DNA of 64,000 nt, taken from the NCBI RefSeq assembly GCF_030144855.1, contig NC_082734.1, positions 30,690,001 to 30,754,000 of the forward strand, given 5' to 3'. The notes under the pieces were generated by a model. The model worked only from the letters and a program-made list of their open reading frames with translations. It ran no database searches and was not told the origin of the DNA. The DNA comes from Hypanus sabinus (lineage: Eukaryota). Positions within the stretch are counted from its first letter, which is position 1. Each line of letters begins with the position of its first letter. Shown here one piece after another: positions 36,320 through 49,000 of this stretch. Made by a program: the position numbers and the translations under genes.

Positions 36320-39300
36320 ATCGCATCCAAGATATCCTGCAGTGTGAGGGTGAAAAGCCAGAGGTTGTTTTACAAATTGTTACCAATTACATAGGTAGGA
36401 AAGAGGAAAAGGTCCTGAAGAAAGACTACAGGGAGTTCGGAAGGAAGTTGAAAAGCAGGACTGCAAAGCTAGTAATCTCGGGATTACTGTCTGTGCCATG
36501 CAACAGTGAGAAAAAGAATAGATTGAGGTGGAAGATTAATGTGTGGCTGAGGGATTTGAGCAGGCGGCAGAGATTCAGTTTTCTGGATCATTGGGACCTC
36601 ATTTGGAGCAGGTGTGACCTGTACAAAAAGGACGAGTTGCACTTGAATCATAGGGGGACCAACATCCTGGCAGGGAGGTTTGCTAAGGCTAGTGGGGACC
36701 GTCTAACCTAGAATTGTTGGGGGTTGGGAACCGAACTGAAGAGACTGGGGAAGAGCAGGTTACTCACAGATAGAGAAAGCTTGTAGACAGTGCCAGAAGG
36801 AGGATATGCAGGTGATAGTGAAGGGATGCGCTCAGCCCAGAGGCTTGAGATGTGTCTATTTTAATGCAAGGAGTGTTGTGAACAAAGCAGATGAGAGAGT
36901 GTGGATCAGTGCTTGGAGATATGATGTGGTGGCCATTACAGAGACTTGGATGGCTCAGGGACAGGATTGGTTACTTCAAGTGCCGGGTTTTGGATGTTTC
37001 ATAAAGGACAGGGAGGGAAGCAAAAGATGTAGGGGCTTGGCACTGTTGATCAGAGATGGAGTCATGGCTGCAGAAAAGGAGGACACCATGGAAGAATTGT
37101 TTACGGGGTCTCTGTGAGTGGAGTTTAGGAACAGGAAGGGGTCAATAAGTTTACTGGGTGCTTTTCGTAGGCTGCCCAATAGCAACAGAGATATCGAAGA
37201 GCAGATACAGAAACAGATCCTGGGAAGGAGTAATAATAATAGAGATTTTAATTTCCCAAATATCGATTGGCATCTCCCTAGAGCAAGGGGTTCAGATGGG
37301 GTGGAGTTTGTTAGGTGTATTCAGGATGGTGTCTTGACACAGTATGTAGATAAGCCTACAAGACGAGATGCTGTACTTGAATTGGTATTGGGAAATGAAC
37401 CTGGTCAGGTGTCAGATCTCTCGGGGCCAGAGCGTTTTGGAGATAGTGCTCATAATTCTATCTCCTTTATAACAGCATTGGAGAGAGATAGGAACAGACA
37501 AGTTAGAAAAGCGTTTAATTGGAGTAAGGGGAATTATGAGTCTATCAGGCTGGAAATTGGAGCCTTACATTGGAAACAGATGTTCTCAGGGAAAAGTACG
37601 GAAGAAATGTGGCAAGTATTCAGAGGATATTTGAGTAGAGTTCTGTCTAGGTACTTTCCAATGAGACAGGGAAGTTATTGTAGGGTACAGGAATCGTAGT
37701 GTACAAAGGCTGTAAAGGCTGTAATCAAGAAGAAAAGAAAATCTTACAAAGGGCTCAGAACTAGGAAATGTTAGAGATCTAGAAGATTATAAGGCTACTA
37801 GGAACGAGCGTAAGAAGGATATTAGTAGAGCCAGAAGGGGCCAAGAGAAGGCCTTGGCGAGCAGGATTGATGAAAACCCCAAGGCATTCTGCAAGTATCT
37901 GAAGAGCAAGAGGATAAGACGTGAAAGAATAGGACCTATCAAGTGTGACAGTGGGAAAGTGTGTACGGAACCGAAGGAAATAGCGGTGATACTGAATGAA
38001 TACTTTACTTCAGTATTCACTATGTAAAAGGATCTTGGTGATTGTAGTGATGACTTGCAGCAGACTGAAAAGCTTGAGCATGTATATATTAAGAAAGAGG
38101 ATGTGCTGGAGCTTTTGGAAAGCATCAAGTTGGATAAGTTGCCGGGACCGGACGAAATGTACCCGAGGCTACGGTGGGAGGCGAGGGAGGAGATTGCTGA
38201 GCCTCTGGTGATGATCTTTGCGTCATCAGTGGGGACAGGAGAGGTTCCAGAGGATTGGAGGGTTGTGAATGTTGTTCCTTTATTCAAGTAAGGGAGTAGA
38301 GACAGCCCAGGAAATTATAAATCAGTGAGAGTTATCTCAGCGGTTGGTAATCGATGGAGAAAATCCTGGGAGGCAGGATTTCTGAACATTTGGAGAGGTA
38401 TAGTTATCATGGTCCGGTCCATAAAGACCGTGTTCTGGTTCACCGTCCGGACTATGTACTCCAGACTCCGAGTCTTCTGGCTGTCCCTTGTTTCATTTGG
38501 GGTTAAGGATAGGCACCTGATTCTCGTCTCGGGATGGGAATATAAGTGGCCCTGGGTTCCAATGTAGGTGCTGGTTCGTCTCGTCGGTATCCTGTCCTCG
38601 CCTCAGTGGGGTAAGTCAGGCCGTTTTTGCTGTCACCCTACGGTAGGTTCTGTCTCTTCCTGTCCTTGCCTCTGTTGTGTAAGTCAGCTGTCTTTGCCGT
38701 TACTCTGAAGCTGGACTGTTCCCTTCCTTCACTCTGAATCCTTGCCGGCTACCCACGCCTGAAGCCTTGCCGGTTACTTCACCTGCGTCCTCGCCTGTAT
38801 CGCAATGAAGTTCAGCCGCTGGAGTGAGATCGGAGCCTTGCCATACCAACAGAAGGAACTATTTATTGTTAAGCTTGGAACTATCTTTGTGTCCCTGTGT
38901 TTAGTGTCCATGTATGAGTCCCGGTCCTATGTCCTGTCCCCCGGAGGGGTCCCGACACTGTGTAAACAACTGGCCCTACGTTCTGTTCCCAGGAAAAGCT
39001 CCTGGCTCTGTGTTCTATGTTCCTGTGCTCCAGTCCTAGTCTGAGTGTTACCTGTGCTCAAGGGGGTTCCAGTCCTTGTCCAAGGTTCTATTCCGTGTCC
39101 AAGGTTCCGAGGAGGATCCAGTCCGTTAACAAGTCCAAGTCGTAGCCTGGGCACTAAGTCCTGGTCTCGTCAAGGGCTAGTGTCCATGTCCAGCTATGCT
39201 TCTCCCCACTTCTGCTTTGCTGTCCCTCGACCTAAGCTCTGTGTTCCTGCTCTCCCTCGATCAAGACCAAGTATGAGCATCACGTTCTCGACCACGTCCG

Positions 39301-40967
39301 AGCTTCATGTCTTCGTCCAGCCCTGGAGTCCCGCATCCTGCCCCACGTCCAGTCCTGTTGCCTTGCCACGTCCAGTCCTCAGCTAGATCCGGAGTCCGAG
39401 CCCGAGGCAAGACCCAGGTTCCGGGTCCCTGTCCCGTCTCTGGCTCGGATTCCTTGCCCAGGTTCCCAGTTCCTAGTTCCTCGTCAAGGTCCCACTTTCC
39501 TGTCCATGTCAGGTCCTAGCCCATGCCCTGACTCATAGTCCTGTCCAGAGCCTTTGTCTTGTCCAGTGTCGTTTCTTCGCCACTTCCCTTGCTTTCTTGA
39601 TACACCTAGTCCTCTCCCTAGTACTTCAGTGTCTGTGTCTTGCATTTGGGTCCATTCCCAGCGCCCTCCTTATGACAATAATATGACTAGGAGTAGCAAA
39701 CACGGATTGGTCAAGGGCAGGTCGTGCCTTACGAGCCTGATTGAATTTTTTTCAGGATGTGACTAAACACATTGAAGAAGGAAGAGCAGTAGATGTAGTG
39801 TATATGGATTTCAGCAAGGCATTTGATAAGGTACCCCACGCAAAGCTTATTAAGGAAGTAAGGAGGCATGGGATCCAAGGGGACATTGCTTTGTGGATCC
39901 AGAACTGGCTTGCCCACAGAAGGCAAAGAGTGGTTGTAGACGTATCATAATCTGCCTGGAGTTTGGTCGCCAGTGGAGTGCCTCAGGGATCTGTTCTGGG
40001 ACCCTTCCTCTTCGTGATCTTTATAAATGACCTGGACGAGGAAGTGGAGGGATGGGGTAGTAGGTTTGCTGATGACATAAAGGTTGGAGGTGTTGTGGAC
40101 AGTGTGGAGGGCTGTCAAAGTTACAGCGGGACATGAATAGAATGCAAAACTGGGCTGACAAGTGTCAGATGGAGCTCAACCCGGATATGTGTGAAGTGGT
40201 TCATTTCGGACGGTCAAATATGATGGCAGAATATAGTATTAATGGTAAGGCTCTTGACAGTGTGGAGGATCGGATGTCTTGGGATCTGAGTCCATAGGAC
40301 GCTCAAAGCAGTTGAGCAGATTGACTCTTTGGTTAAGAAGTCATACGGTTTATTGGCCTTCATCAATCGTGGGATTGAGTTCAGGAGCCGAGGGGTAATG
40401 TTGCATCTATATAGGACCCTGGTCAGATCCCACTTGGAGTACTGTGCTCAGTTCTGGTCGCCTCACTACGGGAAGGATGCGGAAGAGATAGCAAGGGTGC
40501 AGAGGAGATTTACAAGGATGTTGCCTGGATTGGGGAGCATGCCTTGTGAGAATAGGTTGAGTGAACTTGGCCTTTTCTCCTTGGAGTGAAGGAGGATGAG
40601 AGGTGACCTGATAGAGGTGTACTGGATGATGAGAGGCATTGATCGTGTGGATAGTCAGAGGCTTTTTCCCAGGGCTGAAATGGTTGCTGCCACAAGAGGA
40701 CACTGGTTTAAGGGTCTGGTGAGTAGGTACAGAGGAGATGTCGGGGCAAGTTTTTTACTCACAGTGGTGAGTGCGTGGAATAGGCCGCCGGTAACGATGA
40801 TGAGGCGGATACGTTAGGGTCTTTTAAGAGGCTTTTAGATAGGTACATGGAGCTTCGAAAAATAGAGGGCTATATGTTAGCCTAGTAATTTCCGAGGTAG
40901 GGACATGATCGACACAAATTTGTGGGCCGAAGGGCCTGTATTCTGCTGTACGTTTTCTATCTTTCTA
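36320..40967 (+). mobile_element. Large CR1 copy, 5'-deleted, more divergent in its 5' half
   Basis: APE and RT motifs; 3' part nearly identical to 21448-22737. Confidence 0.9.
38405..39677 (+). mobile_element. Solo LTR copy (divergent 5' part)
   Basis: T(A)TCAT...ATGACA; TSD ATAGT/ATAAT at the same CR1 position. Confidence 0.85.
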
Positions 40968-42413
40968 ATACCCTTTAGGGGAGGAAATCTGCCGTCCTTT
41001 CGACAGCCTCTGTGCAACTCCAGGCACAGTGGTGTGACGGACCACTGCCGTTTGAAATAGGTCAGAAAGTCACTCCAGATGGACTGGGTATTGGGAGACA
41101 TTGCTGGCAATTTGTACTTGTGATTCAGTATAGGTGCACGGTTTTTTCACATTGCCGTCTCGGCTTCGATAAGTTATGAACAGCGAACCGTCCATAGCCG
41201 GATGCGTTTCAAATTAAAACAGAACCCTGTCATATTCTCATTCCGTATTTGTACCGATCGGTGATTAAAATGAAAATTGAATTCAGTCACTCTCATATCG
41301 GAAAACTGACTTTCGGCGACCGTGCTGCTGAATGTAATTGTAATTAATATGAATTAATTGCTTGTTTGTGTTTTTTTGGGATTAGTAACCCGATTCGTCG
41401 TCTTTTGCGCATTGGTTGCAGTCAGTCTTTGTTGGGTAGTTTATGTGCCTTTGTTTTGTAGGTTCCCGAAAGAAGAATTTCAAGACTGTGTATAGTGTAC
41501 ATGATTTGGTAATTTTACTTTGAAACTTTACTTTGCTCTCAGGAAAGTGAAGTTCCGGGTTGATTGTGGTGACACGGGTGTACTCTGATAATAAATTTTA
41601 CTTTCAACTGTGAACTAAATTCACACAGTATAAGTGGATCAGGATCATGTTGTCTTTCTCACAGGCATATATATATAACAGTCCGAACATAAACCTTCAT
41701 ATAAAGTTATTTTCCTCCTGACTGACTTTACAAATTTCACAATTTTATTTGTTTTTCAATTATTTCCGCGATTTATCCTCCTGCACATTGGTTGGTCATC
41801 GGTCTTTAAGTATGGTTTCTGGTGGATTCAATGGTCGTTGTTTTGCGGGTTTCTGCGAGAAGAATTTCAAGGCTGTACATTGTCTACACAGTTTGATAAT
41901 TTTACTTTGAACATTAAACTTAATTCGCGCAGTATATTATTAACGGATCAGGATCATGTGGCCCCATTCACAAACCGTATAATATAAATACACACACAAA
42001 CATTCGGACGGTTCTATAAAATTATCTTTCTCTTCGCGGACGTTACAACTTACACAATTTTAGTGGTCTGGCCGATAGTTTTGGCGCTTCTCCTATTGCC
42101 TGTTCATTGGCGAATAAGGACGCTCTCTTATCGGGCGTTTCCAACTGGGACTGAGAAATGAGATTAGGCAATTTACCGCCAATCAAGCACCGCTCTGCAG
42201 TCATCCAGAAGCAAAAAAATATTAATTTTCGGTAGTATACGGGACGATGATGGAGGCCAGGTTCAGAGAGCGCGCTCTGTCTGCAGATTAATATTATTTT
42301 CAGGGGAGGAAAGGCGTTTCAGACAGTGTGTAATAAACTAGGATTGACGCGCAGATGGAAAACAGCCGGAGTCTCCCCAGTCTTAATCAGCCCTTTTCTT
42401 AGACAATACGGGT

Positions 42414-42429
42414 GGCTCTGAAAAGAGCC
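42414..42429 (-). terminator. Histone stem-loop (H2A copy 5)
   Basis: GGCTCTTTTCAGAGCC. Confidence 0.9.
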
Positions 42430-42459
42430 TTTGGGTCTTTTAACTGACGTTTCACTTGT

Positions 42460-42852
42460 TTATTTGCCCTTGGGGTTGGTGGGTCCGCCGGATTTCTTGG
42501 GCAAAAGCACGGCCTGGATATTGGGCAGTACCCCGCCCTGAGCGATGGTCACCCCTCCCAGCAGCTTGTTGAGCTCCTCGTCGTTGCGGACGGCCAGCTG
42601 CAGGTGTCTGGGGATGATGCGGGTCTTCTTGTCGTCTCGGGCCGCGTTGCCGGCCAACTCGAGGATTTCAGCCGTCAGGTACTCGAGTACAGCAGCCAGG
42701 TAGACTGGGGCTCCGGCACCCACCCGATCGGCGTAATTACCCTTTCTCAGGTGCCTGTGATCACGGCCCACCGGGAACTGCAGTCCGGACCGAGACGAGC
42801 GAGACTTGGGCTTGCTCTTAGCCTTACCACCGGTTTTCCCTCATCCACTCAT
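42460..42852 (-). pseudogene. H2A: H2A pseudogene (copy 5)
   Basis: TGA at codon 4 (42841-42843); A21S, V30D, E41D, N73D. Confidence 0.92.
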
Positions 42853-45800
42853 TTCCACACACTCCTGAACAAAGAATGAGAAGATTGTTCCACGTTCGCC
42901 GTTTTTATAGGTTCTGGGGATTGCGGAAGGGCACTTACGATTGGTGCTGCAGCACTTTCTCCAATTGCTGCTTTGGAGTTAACCAATCAGCGAGTGTCCA
43001 ATTCTCCAATGATCAGACGGCAGCGGGAAAAGTGCGGAAAATGACTGTCAGTACCTAAAATTACCTGAAATTTTAAAAGCCCGCCAAGGGAAAAAAAATT
43101 AAACTGCAGTACAAACAAAGCTGTCAGCAATATCTGAGCGAGCATATACAGCCCACATGACCAGTCCTATTCTGTCCGCACGGAAAGTGAATTAATTATA
43201 TCATAACTGTCTCTGGGAATGTATCCCTTTTTGTGAAAACACATCACATCATCGAAAGGTGTCTTCCAAAACTATGGTGGAAGCACAGAAACAGCGATAT
43301 GAGAGTTAATTTATTCTCATACAGATTCAGGGCACTTAGGAAACAGGATAGTGGAGTAATTCAGAGGCTTTACTTCATAACTCGAATAGAAACAGCAGCA
43401 GACACATGAATCCTATTCAACTTCATTCATTGTCGCCGAAAAGTTCCACTGGGACAAGTGTTTGAAAATGGAGACCAACTAATGGAGAGGAAGGGGAAGT
43501 TCCGTGTTAGTCCAGTGTGCAGGAACACTAGAATTTCAGCAGGTAGTGGGACGACTAATTGTCATCATCAAAATTCTGATAAACGTTATCTCCTAAGACT
43601 GAAATATTGAAGCAGTTGCAGAAAAATATTGTTGAAATATTAAGATAAATCTTTCTTGGAAAGATAGAGCCATTTGAGGTTTTAGCATCCTTTGGCGATA
43701 TACTTGGAGCTGGTGTATTGTTCACTTTCTTCGTCCCTTCAAACACGGTGCTGTAGTCTTTGCCAGACTGCTACACTATCCAGAACTCCTGCAATCTTGG
43801 TATCATCCACATATTTACTAACCCACCCTTCTACATTTTACACAGGCCATTTATATACATCACAAACAGCAGAGATCCCAGCACAGATCACTGCAGACCT
43901 CCAGCTCGAATACGTCCCTTCAACCATGACCCACTGTCTTCTAGTGGCAAGCCAATTCTGATTCCAAACAGACAATTCGCGGCAGATCCCATGCATCTTA
44001 ATCTTCTAGATTCATCTCCCATGAGGGAATTCGTCAAACGCCTATGTCCATGTACACAATATCTACTGCCTTACTCTCATCAGTCTCTCTTGTTACCTAG
44101 TCAAACTCAGTCAATTTAGTCAAGCACAGCCTGACATGCTCAAAGCGATGTTGGCTCTCACCAACTAGGCCATGAGTTTCCAAATGTTCATATATGCTGT
44201 CGCTAAGAGGCTTCTCCAGCAATTTTCCAACAACTGAAGTGAGACTCATCAGTTTATAGTTCCCAGGATTTTCTCCTATTCCCTTCTTAAATGGAGGTAC
44301 AACATTGGACACTCACCAGTCCTTCAGGGTCTGTCCTGGTTCTAGATTACCCTGGAAACGCTGGAAATAATTGCCAGATGTAGCGTGTTATGGTAGTGTT
44401 TCAGCATTTTCTATTTTTATTTTAGATTTTCAGTATGTCAATTTTTTTTAATGTTCACGGTTCTACAACTGGTTTTAGTAAAGATCTATTTCCTACAGTA
44501 CGATGCTGAAGAAGTTTATCAGAGGGAGTTACAGCGTAATACTGGGATTGCACAGCTACGGGCCATCAGTGGTCTTTTTTACTTAAATCCCCAACCTGGT
44601 ATTAAGGAGTGGTGTGTTGTATTGGTCTGTGTCCTCACTGGCCGGTCCTGTGTTATGGCAGCTCAGTGTACTTAGAATACAGTGCCAGTGTCTTAACAGA
44701 AGTGTGTCGTTATTTAACAAACTAAGATTGTCCATTCTGAACTCTAAACGTGGGTGGGATGTGATGCGAGGGAATATATGGCCACAACAGACCATTTGAA
44801 TCACCCAGTAGGTGCTATCACCATGTACAACACACTCATCAGTCCTGTGCCCCACTCACTCCTAACCACTCTGCAGGTCGTTTCCCCTGAAAGACCCCTG
44901 CAGACAGTGTCCCACATGAGAACCACACTCAGAGCAATTCAAGACAACAGGAGCAGGAGTACCCACCTGGCACCTCACCCCTTTCCCACTACCCAATGTG
45001 ATCATGGATCTGTCCCAGGCCTCAGCTCCTCTTCTATACCAGTTGCACATCACCCTCATATCCCTGGTCTTTCCAAATTGTATCTCCCTCCTCTTTAATT
45101 TCCTCCGGTGAACCATCCTCCAAGTTTTCCTCACCCTTTGCAAGACTTTCCTGCACTTCAACTTTAAATGACCACTCCCTCACCTGTGTCCCACCATTCC
45201 AGCTTCAGCCACTGCTAGAAACATCACAACATCTCCCTGTCAACACCTCTTAGGGACCTTGTGAGGTTCAAGAAAGTCACTCCTCATCTTTCTAAACCCT
45301 GAAGGTCTTGGATCTGATTTCTTTGGAATTTTGTAATAAAACAACTCTGTCATCCCTGGAATTGTCCTGTTGAATCCATTGAGTGATCTGTTCTTCAGTG
45401 AGGGGACCAGAACTGTCCCCAGCCCTCCAGTGTGACCTCAACAACTCCCTATGAAACGAAAACATAATTCCCTATTTCTAATTTCCAACCCACCTTTAAT
45501 AAAGACCAATGTACTATTTCCCTCTCACTAGACAAGATTAAATTCCATCTGCCATTCCTCTGCCTGGATATCCAGATGATGAAGACCATGTCATGTCTAA
45601 GACAATCCTCCTCACTATCTTCACATCAGCAGATTTTTTGTATCGTGCTGAACTACATTAACATCCAAGTTGTTGATGTCTACCAGAAACAGAAAGGATC
45701 CTAGCCCCAATCGACGTGACACACCACACCACTGGTCACCAACGTAGAGTGAGAACAACAACTCTCCACCACTACCCTGTGCCTCCCATAAGCCAAGCTG

Positions 45801-46067
45801 CTTTTAGACCCAGTTTGCACTTCACTTTATATCTCATGGGTTCTGATCGTTTGGATCAGACTCGCATGCCTGAAATGCAAAGGCCTCAGATAAGTCTATG
45901 TAAACAACACTGCCCTCATCAGCATACTGTACTTACTTTCAACTTCTAAACATTTAGTGTGTGGGGGCCCAAAGGCAGTCGGCACCACAGCAGACTACCT
46001 GCGTTGGATTAAACGGTTAGTCCATTGTTGTCAGTACTGGCCTGATGTGAAAACCCATCAAGATCAA

Positions 46068-49000
46068 GTAGGCGCAGAGTAAACTGCTAATTTTTCAGAG
46101 CAAAGTGAGATTTTTAACACTGGGGTAAAAGAGGGGCGAGACTGCGCAGGCGCATGACATCAGCCAGTAAAGCACGAAAGTTTTTAAATGAAGATCGCTG
46201 TATCCAGCGGACAACGGAGTGAGAGGCAGCAGAGTGGTAGGGCTTTGGCTCAATGGGCTTATGCGGTATTGGGACAAGGCAAGGTAGGAAGCATGTGTGC
46301 GAGGCCAGTTTTCTGTGCGCAGTGTCAGATGTGGGGGATCCTGGAGTCTCCCAGCCTCCCGGACGGCCATGTCCGCACCAGGTGTGTTGAGCTGCAGCTC
46401 CTGAGGGAACCGAGTTGGGGAACTGGATATGCAGGTCGATGACCTTCGCCTGGTCAGGGAAGCAAGGAGGTGATAGAGAGGAGTTATAGGCCGGTGGTCA
46501 CACCGGGGTCACAGGAGACAGACAAGTCGGTTACGTTCCGGAGGGGGAAGGTAAATATTCAGGTACTACAGAGTATCCCTGTGTCTGAACCCCTTGACAA
46601 GAAGTACTCCTGTTATACTGTAGGGGGGACAGCCTACCTAGGGGAATCGGCAGTGGCCATGCCTCTGGCACGGAGTCTGGCCCTGTGGCTAAGAAGGGCA
46701 GGGAAGGGAAGAGGAAGGCAGTAGTGACAGGGGACTCTATAGTTAAGGGGTCAGACAGGCGATTCTGTGGATGCAGGAACGAAACTCGGATGGCAGTTTG
46801 CCTCCCAGGTGCCAGGGTCCGGGATTTTCGGATCGCATCCAAAATATCCTGCCGTGGGAACGTGAACAGCCAGAGGTCGTGGTAAAAATTGGTACCGGTT
46901 ACGTAGGTAGGAAAAGGGAAGAGGTCCTGAAGAAAGACTACAGGGAGGTTGGAAGGAAGTTGAAAAGCTGGACGGCAAATGTAGTCATCTCGGTATTACT
47001 GACTGTGCCACGCGGCAGTGAGAATAGGAATACAATGAGGTGGAGGATAAATGTGTGGCTGGGGGATTTGAGCAGGGGGCAGGGCTTCAGATTTCTGGAT
47101 GATTGGGAGTTCTTTTGGAGCAGGTGTGACCTGTACAAAAAGGATGGGTTGTACTTTCGCAGGGAGACCAATATCCTGGCAGGGAGGTTTGCTAAGGCCA
47201 ATGGGGACAATTTAAACTAGAATTGTTGAGGGTTGGGAACAGAACTGAAGAGACTGAGGAAGAAGAGGTTAGCTCACAAATAGAGAAAGCTCGTAGACAG
47301 TGCGAGAAGGAGGATAGGCAGATGATAGAGATAGATAATCTCAGACTAGAGGCTTGAGATGTGTCTATTTTAATGCAAGGTGTGTTGTGAACAAAGCGAA
47401 TGAGCTTAGAGCGTGGATCAGTACTTGGAGATATGATGTGGTGGCCATTACAGAGACTTGGATGCCTCAGGGACAGGATTGGTTACTTCAAGTGCCGGGT
47501 TTTGGATGTTTCATAAAGGACATAAAGGGAAGCAAAAGATGTAGGGTCGTGGCACTGCTGATCAGAGATAGTGTCATGGCTGCAGAAAATATGGACGCCA
47601 TGAAAGGATTGTATACGGAGTCTCTGTGGGTGGAGCTTTGGAAAAGGAAGGGGTCAATAACTTTACTGGATGATTTTTGTAGGCTGCCCAATAGCAACTG
47701 AGTTATTAAGGAGCAGTTAAGGAAACAGTTCCTGGGAAGGTGTAATAACAACAGAGTTGTCATGATGGGAGATTTTAATTTCCCAAATATCAATTGGCAT
47801 CTCCCTAGAGCAATGGTTTAAATGGGGTGGAGTTTGTTTGGTGTGTTCAGGAAGGTGTCTTGACACAGTATGTAGATATGCCTACAAGAGGAGAGGCTGT
47901 ACTTGATTTGGTATTGGGAAATGAACCTGGTCAGATGTCAGATCTCTCGGTGGGAGAGCATTTTGGAGATAGTGATCATAATTCCATCTCCTTTATAACA
48001 GCATTGGAGAGGGACAGGAACAGACAAGTTAGAAAAGCGTTTAATTTGAGTAAGGGGAATTATGAGGCTATCAGACTGGAAATTGGAGGCTTACATTGGA
48101 AACAGATGTTCTCAAGGAAAAGTACCTAAGAAATGTGGCAAATATTCAGAGGATATCTGTGTACAGTTCTGTATAGGTACTTTCCAATGAGACAGGGAAG
48201 TTATTGTAGGGTACAGGAACCGTGGTGTACAAAAGCTGTAATAGATATAATCAAGAAGAAATGAAAAGCTTACAAAAGGTTCAGGGAGCCAGTTAATGTT
48301 AGAGATCTAGAAGATTATAAGGCTACTAGAACTGAGCTGCAAAAGGAAATTAGGAGAGCCAGACAGTGTGACAGTGTGACAGTGCGAAAGTGTGTATGGA
48401 ACCGACGGAAATAGAAGTGGTACTGAATGAATACTTTACTTCAGTATTCACTATGGAAAAGGATCTTAGTGATGACTTGCAGCAGACTGAAAAGCTTGAG
48501 CATGTATATATTAAGAAAGAGGATGTGCTGGAGCATTTGGAAATCATCAAGTTGGATAAGTTGCCGGGACCGGACGAAATGTACCCGAGACTACGGTGGG
48601 AGGCGAGGGAGGAGATTGCTGAGCCTCTGATGATGATCTTTGCGTCATCAGTGGGGACAGGAGAGGTTCCAGAGGATTGGAGGGTTGTGAACGTTGTACC
48701 TTTATTCAAGTAAGGGAATAGAGATAGCCCAGGAAATTATAGAACAGTGAGTCTTACCTCAGTGGTTGGTAACTGATGGAGAAGATCCTGAGAAGCAAGA
48801 TTTATGAACATCTGGAGAGGTCTAATTGTCATGGTCCAGTCCGTGAAGACCGCGTTCTGGTTCATGGTCCGGTCCATTAAGTCCAGACTCGGGGTCTTCT
48901 AGCTTTCCGTTGTTTCATTCGGGCTTAATCATAGGCACCTGATTCTCATATTGGGACCTGGAATATAAGTGGCCCTGGGTTCGAGTGCAGATGTTGGTTT

